Shown here one piece after another: positions 1-7,698 of a DNA stretch of 32,000 nt (position 1 is its first letter; each line of letters starts with the position of its first letter). The DNA comes from Candidatus Electrothrix yaqonensis (GTDB lineage: Bacteria; Desulfobacterota; Desulfobulbia; Desulfobulbales; Desulfobulbaceae): the NCBI GenBank assembly GCA_047651235.1, contig CP178758.1, forward strand, positions 2,250,001 to 2,282,000, in the 5' to 3' direction. The position numbers were made by a program, and so were the translations under genes. Below the pieces are notes generated by a model. It was given only the letters and a program-made list of their open reading frames with translations. It was not told the origin of the DNA and made no database searches.

Positions 1-198
1 GGGTTGGAAGTGGCGATCAGCTGTCGACATGCCTATACGATGCTCGGTTCCCCGGAGGGAGAACTGGCCCTGTATCAGGCAATCGTGTATCTTGCCACGG
101 CACCGAGAAGCAATACCTTGCATAATGCCTTGTATGTAACGAAAAAAAAGGTTAAGAAAGAGGTACGGTGCTCACACATCGATACAACTGACCAATAA
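1..198 (+). CDS. rarA: RarA/MgsA-like recombination-associated AAA+ ATPase, C-terminal fragment (5' end off-window); looks 3'-truncated
   Basis: Frame-1 translation ...LGSPEGELALYQAIVYLATAPRSNTLHNAL... parallels the E. coli RarA motif [29 protein letters not shown]. The stop at 196-198 comes only ~25 codons later. No HLRNAPT-like continuation exists in any frame before the next gene at 231. Confidence 0.55.
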   Translation, partial: GLEVAISCRHAYTMLGSPEGELALYQAIVYLATAPRSNTLHNALYVTKKKVKKEVRCSHIDTTDQ

Positions 199-230
199 CA
201 GAATCAACAGAAAATACCGGTGAGAATACA

Positions 231-1811
231 ATGAAAATATACCGCACAAAAAAGATGTTGCTTCCCCTGCTCCTGCTGCTGACTGTGGTACCGTCATTGC
301 AAGCAAAGGAGTTCCTCCTGTTTTACGCCAATGATCAGCGTGGAGAGGTCGCCCCCTGCGGTTGAAAGCGTCGTCAGCTGGGCGGGCTGTCCAGAAAAGC
401 ATTACAGATAACACGACTTGCTGAACAGGAAAAACTGCCGTCACTGTTTCTTGACAGCGGCGCACTACTCTTTCCCGGAAAAAATTTGCAGGACAGAAAA
501 AAAGCAGCAGCAACGGTCAATGCCGAAGGTATTGTCACGGCTATGCAGGCCATGAACTGCCAGGCTGCGGGGATCTCCTCCTATGATCTGGCCGGAGGGA
601 TCGGTCTGCTTGAGGAACTGCAGGAGCAGGGTCGGGTGACCTGGTTATCCGGAAACCTAGTTGACAGCAAGAAAAAAGAACCTGTCTTTACACCGTCTCT
701 TTTCACGGAAGTCAACGGAATCAAAATCGCCATCCTGGGGATTACGGGCGAACAGGCAGGAGAGGCGACAGGAATCAAGGAAGCCGGATACACTATTCTG
801 CCCTGGCAGGAAACCCTGCCGAAAATGGCGGCAGCAGCAGGAAAAAAAGCCGATATGACGATTCTGCTGTCCAGTTATCCTTACCTGGTCAATAAAGAAA
901 TCGCCGAGTCTGTTGCCGGGGTTCACCTGATTCTTGCCTCCGGCCATGCCGTTTCTTCTTCCCATCCGTATCAAGCTGAAAATACGGTCATCGCGCAGAC
1001 CGGGGCACGCGGGAAATATCTCGGCATGATGCGAATCAACTGGACAGAAACGCAACAGTGGAGCGAAAATTTCTCCAGCCAGATCCAACAGGCCCGGAAG
1101 CAGCTGAAACAGGTTAACAGTCAGCTCGCGCGGCTGGAAAAACAAGGGGACAAGGATAAGCTGAAGAAAAATAAGCGCTATCAGAATATGCTGGCAAAAA
1201 AGAAGCAGATCAGCAAACAGATCAAAAAATTACAGGAGGACAAAGCTGCTGCGCCGGAATCGGAAACGCTCTGCAGCTTCAGCAACAAGTTTATCCCGCT
1301 GGAGACCTCGTTGCCGGAAGACCCGCAGGTGAAGAAAATAATTGATCAGACCATTCAGCAGGTGAATATGGTTAATCAGAAACATGCTCCGGTGGCTACG
1401 AAGCAGCCGACAGCCACCCTGCAGGATTTGGCTGGCTGGCAGGCCTGTCAGAAATGTCACCAGAAACAGGTGGAGTTCTGGCAGGGAACCAAACATGCAG
1501 CGGCGTGGTCCACCCTGGAGAAAAAGAACCAGCAGTTTAACGAAGAGTGTCTGATCTGTCACGTCACGCTGCCCTACTATGATGATGCACGGGTGAAAAG
1601 TGAAAACCTGCTCCTGATGTTGCCCGGCACCTTGAAAAATGTCGGCTGCGAAACCTGCCACGGCCCGGCAGCAGACCACAGCACCAAGCAGATGCCCATT
1701 CCTGTCCCTCATCCGGATGAGAAAGTATGCGCAGGATGCCATACGACAGAGCATGATGATAATTTTGTCTTTGCCGACAAGATGAAAAAAATACGCTGCC
1801 CGGAGAAATAA
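231..1811 (+). CDS. Exported UshA/metallophosphoesterase-like domain fused to a C-terminal tetraheme c-type cytochrome (c554-like); one in-frame TGA at 363-365 (candidate selenocysteine or nonsense lesion)
   Basis: ATG 231 encodes a signal peptide (MKIYRTKKMLLPLLLLLTVVPSLQA) in the same frame as track ORF 486..1811. The only interruption is TGA in GEVAPCG[TGA]KRRQLGGLSRK. UshA-like blocks are present (NDxxG, GGLxR, VNGIKIAILGIT, AQTGARGKYLG). There are four CxxCH motifs (CQKCH, CLICH, CETCH, CAGCH) and a K/Q-rich coiled-coil linker. Confidence 0.7.
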
Positions 1812-3649
1812 TGCACACAAAGATCGAGCATGTTACCCGCCGGATTATCGACCGCAGCCGGACAACCCGCACCGCCTACCTAGCGCGGATGGCGGCAGCC
1901 GGCGGCACGCAGAGCAATGGCCCGTTCCGTAAACGACTGCCGTGCAGCAACTTGGCCCATGATCTGGCCGGATGCCCTTCCTGCCGTCCGGCCCTGCTTG
2001 ATTCGGCAAAACCCAATATCGGGATTATCTCCGCCTATAACGATCTGCTTTCCGCTCACCAACCGCTGGGCCGTTATCCGGAGCTGATCAAAGAGACTGT
2101 GGCTGAAGCGGGCGGCACAGCCCAGTTTGCTGGCGGGGTTCCGGCCATGTGCGACGGCGTCACCCAGGGCGAGCCGGGCATGGATCTGAGCCTGATAAGC
2201 CGCGATGTGATTGCCATGGCCACGGTCATCGGGCTATCGCATAATGTTTTTGACGGCGCACTTCTGCTCGGTGTCTGCGACAAGATCATGCCCGGTCTGC
2301 TCATGGGCGGCCTGCAGTACGGTCATCTGCCCATGATTCTGGTTCCGGCAGGCCCCATGCCTTCCGGTATCGGCAATCAGGAAAAAAATAAGGTACGCGA
2401 ACGGTTCGCCAAAGGGGAAGTCGGACCGGAAGAGCTGCTGGACTCCGAGCTACGCGCCTACCACAGCCCCGGCACCTGCACCTTTTACGGCACAGCCAAC
2501 TCCAACCAGCTCATGACTGAGATACTTGGTGTGCATCTGCCCGGTGCCTCCTTTGTCAATGCAGATACCCCGCTGCGCGATGGCCTGACTAAGGCTGCAG
2601 CTCACCGGGTTGCGGCTGTCACCCACCTCGGCCCGGAGTATATTCCACTGGCTGAAGTGATCAGCGAAAAGGCCGTGCTCAACGCAATGGTCGGTCTGCT
2701 GGCCACGGGCGGCTCCACCAATGAGACCATGCACTTGGTGGCTATCGCCGGGGCAGCCGGGATCATGATTGACTGGGATGATTTTGCCGAACTGTCCGAA
2801 GCCGTGCCGCTCCTTGTCCGTATCTATCCCAACGGGGCCGGGGACATCAACTCCTTCCAGCAGGCAGGCGGCATGGCCCTGCTGATCCGCGAGCTGCTGG
2901 CTGGTGGTTTCCTGCATGAGGATGTGCAGACCGTGGCCGGGCCGGGACTGAGCAGGTATCTGGAACAGCCTGTTCTGGAGGGCGGAAAAGCTGTCTGGCA
3001 GCCGGGCCCGGAGCAGAGCAGTGATCCTGCTGTCATCGCCCCTTTGAACAAGCCTTTTGCCCCGGTCAGCGGCATCAAAGTACTGTCCGGCAATCTGGGT
3101 CGGGCAATCATGAAGATCTCTGCTCTGGCAGACGGTGAAAACACCTGCGTGGAAGCTCCGGCAATGGTTTTCAGCAGCCAGCAGGAGCTGAATCAGGCCT
3201 TCAAAAGTGGGCAGATGAACCGCGACCTGATCGCTGTCGTGCGCTTTCAGGGACCGCAGGCCAACGGGATGCCGGAGCTGCACAAACTGATCACCCCGCT
3301 GGCCATCCTGATGGAACAGGGCTACACAGTCGGGCTGGTCACGGACGGACGGCTCTCCGGGGCTTCAGGCAAGGTGCCCTTTGCCATCCACTGCACCCCG
3401 GAGGCCCTGACCGGCGGGCTGCTGGCCAAGGTGGAAGACGGCGATATCATCCGCATGGATGCCCGTACCAGTCGGCTGGAACTGCAGGTGGACGGGGCTG
3501 TGCTGGCAGAACGGCAGGCTGCGCTGCCACCGGCATACTCCGGTCCCGGAGAGCAGCTTTTTGCTCCGCTGCGGAGCCTGCTCACCGGAGCCGAACAGGG
3601 AGGCGGGGTTGCCGGTGCGGGAAATCTTTTCAAGGATAGCGGGAGGTAA
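1811..3649 (+). CDS. edd: Phosphogluconate dehydratase (Entner-Doudoroff dehydratase, IlvD/Edd family)
   Basis: The 612-aa product is collinear with E. coli Edd: VTRRIIDRSRTTRTAYLARM, ISAYNDLLSAHQP, GGVPAMCDGVTQG, GVCDKIMPGL, SPGTCTFYGTANSNQ. Its ATG overlaps the upstream stop (TAATG at 1809-1813). Confidence 0.9.
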   Translation: MHTKIEHVTRRIIDRSRTTRTAYLARMAAAGGTQSNGPFRKRLPCSNLAHDLAGCPSCRPALLDSAKPNIGIISAYNDLLSAHQPLGRYPELIKETVAEAGGTAQFAGGVPAMCDGVTQGEPGMDLSLISRDVIAMATVIGLSHNVFDGALLLGVCDKIMPGLLMGGLQYGHLPMILVPAGPMPSGIGNQEKNKVRERFAKGEVGPEELLDSELRAYHSPGTCTFYGTANSNQLMTEILGVHLPGASFVNADTPLRDGLTKAAAHRVAAVTHLGPEYIPLAEVISEKAVLNAMVGLLATGGSTNETMHLVAIAGAAGIMIDWDDFAELSEAVPLLVRIYPNGAGDINSFQQAGGMALLIRELLAGGFLHEDVQTVAGPGLSRYLEQPVLEGGKAVWQPGPEQSSDPAVIAPLNKPFAPVSGIKVLSGNLGRAIMKISALADGENTCVEAPAMVFSSQQELNQAFKSGQMNRDLIAVVRFQGPQANGMPELHKLITPLAILMEQGYTVGLVTDGRLSGASGKVPFAIHCTPEALTGGLLAKVEDGDIIRMDARTSRLELQVDGAVLAERQAALPPAYSGPGEQLFAPLRSLLTGAEQGGGVAGAGNLFKDSGR

Positions 3650-3719
3650 ATGAGCCTTTTCTTCCCGGCGTTGCAATTACCTCCCGGAACGGGGGCGATG
3701 ACAGCCCAGAACTTGCACC

Positions 3720-5726
3720 ATGAGCAGCGACAACGAGCCTTCCTCTAACCAGCCGACAGCGAAAGCAGCCTTGGATAAGCTCAAGGAATGGCAGGAGCTG
3801 GTCGGCTATATCGCTGCCGGGCTTACTGGTGTTCTCGGCACTTTTCTGAGTGGTGGTGCACTCCAGATTGCCAGCACGGCTCTTGCTGCGGTTGCTGTAG
3901 CTGCCGGAGGCTGGCAAGTACGACGTTCGCGGCGGCAAAAAAAACAACAGGCCGAGCAGGAACGGCTCTGGGAAGAACGGCGTCAGCAGCCGAGGGCGGC
4001 CTTCCGCAGTCTCTCTCCTTTTGAGGAACAAGACGAGCTGCCCGGCCAGGATCGTAAGCAGCAGGCCCGCTCCATTGCCGTACGGATCGTCAATGACGAC
4101 TTCCGCTTCGGCATTGTCTGCGGCGATTCCGGTGCAGGGAAAACCTCGCTGCTCCGCGCGGAGGTGATGCGCTACATCCGAAAAAACGGGTTGGAGCCGG
4201 TCTATCTCCGCAATCCCCGGCGGCTGCCCGGAGCTGCACCTGCAGATGCCTCAGTCTGCGAGCGGCTGTCGATAGAACTGGATGCTTTCGAGCAGGAGTC
4301 CATTCCCGCAGATGCCTGCGTCCTTCTCCTTGACCAGTTCGAGGAATGGTTTATTGCATACCGGGAGCCGGAGGCCCGTGCCCTGCTGGGCCGCTTCATC
4401 GCCCGGCTCACGCAGCGTGTCCCGCCGGTCAAGGTGGTTTGTGCGGTGCGGCGGGAATTTCTGATGGACTTTCATGATCTCTCCCCTGAACTTCCTGACC
4501 CTACCAATCCGAACAACACCTTCAGAATTCGCAACTTCACCGTTGCTCAAGCCATAGATGCAGTGCAGGAATGCGCAACAACGGACGGCATTGCTGCAGA
4601 GGAATCCTTTGCCGCCGCGTTGACTGCTGATCTGGAGGACAACGGCGAAGTGCGCCTGCCGGAACTGCAGATTGTTTGCACCCATCTTGCTGAAAGCGGC
4701 GGTCTTAGCAGCAGCCAATATCAGGCCGAAGGCGGCACTGCTGGCATTCTCGCCCATTACATCAAAAATGCGCTGGAATCCTGCCGCGAGCCGGAGATTG
4801 GCGCAAAACTGCTCCGCTCGCTCTGCGATTTCCCCACCCGGACCAAGAGACCGTCAAAAACTTTGGCCGAGCTGGTTGCCGATATCGGTGGAACAGCTGG
4901 CAGCAGGGCAATTGCCGCGCTGGTTCGCACCTTTGTTCTGGCCCGCCTGCTGATAGAGGAAAAAAGAACGGGCAGCCCGGATACCTACGCTCTGATACAC
5001 GATTATCTGGTCGGTGCGGTGGAACTGGCTACCGGCGATGTCTCCACCAAGACAGAAGAGGCGAATCAGTTGCTGCGCTATTATCTGGCCCAGCAGAGCG
5101 GAGTTATTCCGCTGCGCAGACTGCGTTTTATCCGGGCGCATGCGGACAGGCCGTTGCTGAGGCAGCCGAATGCCCGGCGGTTATTCCGCAAGAGTCTGAT
5201 TGCGCCAGCTTTGGTTTCAGGAGCGATGGTGTTTGTGGCGGTGCTTATGGCAGGCGGGTTGTATTTGGCGGCGACTGCTCAGATTCAGTGGCGGTCTAAA
5301 ATTATTGGGCGGCATTGGGATGAGGATGAAGCCGGAGCAGTTAATTACGAAATTTTGTCTGAGAAGGGACAGGTAGTCAGCGGAACTGGTTGGTCACGGA
5401 CAAAAAAAATCAGGCTTTGGGATGCAAAAAATGGGAAGATATTTACCAGTAATGACAAACTGAAAAATTCGGCGGCAACCGTCAGCTCAAATGTTAGTTA
5501 TAGTGGCACGTTGCTTCTTTTGAAAGGACTTTCTCGTCAAGGAAAACAGCTATGCACTTTAATTAACCTTGATAATGGAGAAAAGACAGAACTGCTTGCA
5601 GGTCGTGCAAGTAGTGGCTGTGAATTCTCAGAATCAGAGCAACATATTAACTTAATTTTAGAAGATAAAAATGACGACTTATTCACTGTCGCCCTTTGGT
5701 CAGTTAACACAAGAAAAAGTTCTTAG
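3720..5726 (+). CDS. Membrane-anchored STAND-type (nSTAND/NACHT-like) P-loop NTPase: N-terminal TM hairpin, NTPase plus helical domain, third TM helix, start of a WD40-like propeller
   Basis: Hydrophobic stretch LVGYIAAGLTGVLGTFLSGGALQIASTALAAVAVAAGGW (nt ~3798-3914) is followed by RRSRRQKK. Pre-P-loop motif FRSLSPFEEQDE. Walker A GDSGAGKTS (4122-4148). Walker B VLLLDQFEEW (4320-4349). RREFLMDF and LPELQIVCTHL blocks are typical of STAND NTPases fused to WD40. TM helix LIAPALVSGAMVFVAVLMAGGLYLAATA (5196-5279). WD-like KKIRLWDAKNGK and FTVALWSV follow. Confidence 0.75.
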   Translation: MSSDNEPSSNQPTAKAALDKLKEWQELVGYIAAGLTGVLGTFLSGGALQIASTALAAVAVAAGGWQVRRSRRQKKQQAEQERLWEERRQQPRAAFRSLSPFEEQDELPGQDRKQQARSIAVRIVNDDFRFGIVCGDSGAGKTSLLRAEVMRYIRKNGLEPVYLRNPRRLPGAAPADASVCERLSIELDAFEQESIPADACVLLLDQFEEWFIAYREPEARALLGRFIARLTQRVPPVKVVCAVRREFLMDFHDLSPELPDPTNPNNTFRIRNFTVAQAIDAVQECATTDGIAAEESFAAALTADLEDNGEVRLPELQIVCTHLAESGGLSSSQYQAEGGTAGILAHYIKNALESCREPEIGAKLLRSLCDFPTRTKRPSKTLAELVADIGGTAGSRAIAALVRTFVLARLLIEEKRTGSPDTYALIHDYLVGAVELATGDVSTKTEEANQLLRYYLAQQSGVIPLRRLRFIRAHADRPLLRQPNARRLFRKSLIAPALVSGAMVFVAVLMAGGLYLAATAQIQWRSKIIGRHWDEDEAGAVNYEILSEKGQVVSGTGWSRTKKIRLWDAKNGKIFTSNDKLKNSAATVSSNVSYSGTLLLLKGLSRQGKQLCTLINLDNGEKTELLAGRASSGCEFSESEQHINLILEDKNDDLFTVALWSVNTRKSS

Positions 5727-6669
5727 AGAAATTCCTTACATTATAAATGGTTACCCTGGTTATAATTCCACTGCATTTCAATTCAGTGCTGATGGTGATA
5801 GGGTTATTGCATCTGTACGTGAAAACAACAGAGAATTACTTGCACTTTATAACGCTATTTCCGATGAAAAAATTAATTATCTTACAGATAATGATAAAGA
5901 AGGAATCAATTTCGAGTTGAACAGCCTGACGAAAATAGTTTGCACGCTATCTGAGACACAGGATGGCAATAATATGCTTCAGCTATGGAATCTTAATGAC
6001 GGCTCTCTTATAAAAGAAAGAAAGATTCCTTCAAATTATATTGAAAGAATTACCAAAGACGGCAAGTTTATTCTTCTTCACTCAAAAATAGGCAACAGCT
6101 ATATTGATATAATCACAACTTCTAACTTGGAACCAGTCCAAGACGTAGACTTTGGCACCATGCGGTTAAGCAACGCAACTTCGCAACAATCTGACCCAAC
6201 TGTTTATTGGAAAGATGGAAAAGATGTTAAACTTTGGCACGTTGGTAAAGAAGACCCGATCTTGCTGCAACATATAAAGCTCGGCGATAAAGATAAAGTA
6301 GTATCCAGTGACGACCTGCAGCGGGCTTTCATCTGGGGGCCGCATCGTCTAGTTGAGCTGTGGGATGTAAAAAAGAAAAAGCGGTTGCGCCTGCTGACTT
6401 CCCGTCAGGATAAATACATCCAGTCTGTTCAGTTTACCATGAATGACACGGCGGTGGTAATTACCGAAGAAGGTGGTGTCGCCTCGCTTTTCGACGCCAA
6501 AGACGGTAGCCCGCTGGCGCAGCATATTCCCGGTGCTTCGGTTTATTACTACGACCCCGACCTGCGGCGTATTCATCTTTGGAACAGCTTCGGGCAGGTC
6601 ATCCGTTACGTTGAAGGCCGCAGCTATTTCGGACATTTTGTCCCGACAAAGAAAGGTGCGTTGCAGTAA
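5671..6669 (+). CDS. WD40-like beta-propeller repeats; most likely the frameshifted continuation of 3720..5726 rather than an independent gene
   Basis: Degenerate WD signatures: LQLWNLNDGSL, VKLWHVGKED, VELWDVKKKKRL, IHLWNSFGQ, FSADGDRVIAS. It overlaps the upstream ORF by 56 nt in the +1 frame. No convincing SD precedes ATG 5671. Confidence 0.6.
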   Translation: MTTYSLSPFGQLTQEKVLREIPYIINGYPGYNSTAFQFSADGDRVIASVRENNRELLALYNAISDEKINYLTDNDKEGINFELNSLTKIVCTLSETQDGNNMLQLWNLNDGSLIKERKIPSNYIERITKDGKFILLHSKIGNSYIDIITTSNLEPVQDVDFGTMRLSNATSQQSDPTVYWKDGKDVKLWHVGKEDPILLQHIKLGDKDKVVSSDDLQRAFIWGPHRLVELWDVKKKKRLRLLTSRQDKYIQSVQFTMNDTAVVITEEGGVASLFDAKDGSPLAQHIPGASVYYYDPDLRRIHLWNSFGQVIRYVEGRSYFGHFVPTKKGALQ

Positions 6670-6954
6670 TCTGCCGGAATTTGATATCACACGGGGTACG
6701 AACGGGTGGATGTCTCAAGCAGAATATCGAAATGTTTCTGCGTTACGCCTGTCAAAACAAGCAGGTGGCGGTCATCACGTATTGTTATCTTTACAAGATC
6801 GCTCCGTTTTTTTCGCAGAGTTTACCCGGTTCTTAAAAAGAAACAAATCTGTTTGATCTGATTCAGGCTGCCGGGTACAATCATTTGTGTTGTCCGGATA
6901 ACTTTATGGCGGAGCAGAACAGTGGAGCTTGAATGTGTAAAATACGGGGAAAAA

Positions 6955-7092
6955 ATGGATGCGGAGCAGGCGAGATGCCGACATCCGAAGGATTACTGCC
7001 AGTACAGAAAAGCCTGCATGATCCAGTTTGTTGAGCGGGAGAACAAGGGGGCAAAGGTAGGGGAAGAAGCAGTGTCGGAAAAGAAAGACTGA
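6955..7092 (+). CDS. Possible small Cys-containing protein (45 aa), function unknown
   Basis: My own translation: MDAEQARCRHPKDYCQYRKACMIQFVERENKGAKVGEEAVSEKKD. A GGGGA motif lies 5 nt upstream of the ATG. It is below the 60-aa cut-off of the track. There is no other support. Confidence 0.25.
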   Translation: MDAEQARCRHPKDYCQYRKACMIQFVERENKGAKVGEEAVSEKKD

Positions 7093-7330
7093 CTGATGCT
7101 GGTCATCACTTTGGAGGGCTGACGACAGAGGAATTTCCAAGCGGACTGGCCTGTGCGCCCTTCTGTTGGCAGTATTCTGATCACTCCTATGCAATGAAAT
7201 TTCTCGGTGGTTTTATCGGCGTCCGGCAGGAAGCTGAAACCCTGCGTTTAAAGCCGGAAATAGGTTGGGCTGTACGCGAACAGCAACAGTGAACAGAAAA
7301 AACACTATTCTGTGCCGCAAGTTATCTGCT

Positions 7331-7551
7331 TTACAGCACCCCGATTTTTTTCAGATGCACCTGCAGCACGGAAACCGCTGCCGGGGTTACCCCGGAAATC
7401 CGGGATGCCTGGCCGAGCGACAGCGACCTGATCCGGTTGAGTTTTTCCACCACTTCGTTGGACAGGCTGGGCAGGCCGGTATACTGCATATCCTCCGGCA
7501 GCCGGGTCTGTTCCAATTTTTTGAACCGTTCCGCCTGCTCCTGCTGGCGGC
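7331..7551 (-). pseudogene. mnmG: Remnant of the 3' end of mnmG/gidA (last ~73 codons plus stop), duplicate of 23143-23363
   Basis: Translation ...[73 protein letters not shown] compares with the intact MnmG C-terminus ...[73 protein letters not shown]. No mnmG sequence lies upstream of it. Confidence 0.9.
7331..7551. repeat. Left copy of a ~220-bp direct repeat (partner 23143-23363, constant offset 15,812 bp)
   Basis: Manual ungapped alignment of 7352-7551 with 23164-23363 gives 19 mismatches in 200 nt. Both copies are in the same orientation. Confidence 0.9.
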
Positions 7552-7698
7552 GAAATAAAAAAAGGATTATGCTTCAAGGATATGGGGAGAGCTGATCGCA
7601 TTAAAAATGCGAATTAGGAGTCGGCTAACCGACCAGTGCGTCCGGCGGTCAGCCGCCTGTATTCCGTTAACTCTCGTACCTTTGACCAAAAAAATATT

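Noticed and set aside
375-389. Hairpin CAGC-TGGGCGG-GCTG as a SECIS element
   Set aside because: It has only 4 perfect base pairs with mismatched flanks. The position is right, but I cannot call a SECIS by eye, so it is kept only as weak support within the TGA finding.
2450-3283. 277-aa minus-strand ORF inside edd (and 9413..10168 inside rimO)
   Set aside because: These are antisense shadows of strongly supported genes.
6473-6856. 127-aa plus-strand ORF overlapping the end of the WD40-like gene, including a possible 47-aa MSQAEYRNVS... peptide from 6710
   Set aside because: Its first half is an alternative frame of the propeller gene. The distal part has no convincing RBS or recognisable motif.
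7265-7601. ORFs 7265..7558(+) and 7305..7601(-)
   Set aside because: They are alternative-frame or antisense readings of the mnmG 3' remnant. Only the frame matching the MnmG C-terminus is meaningful.
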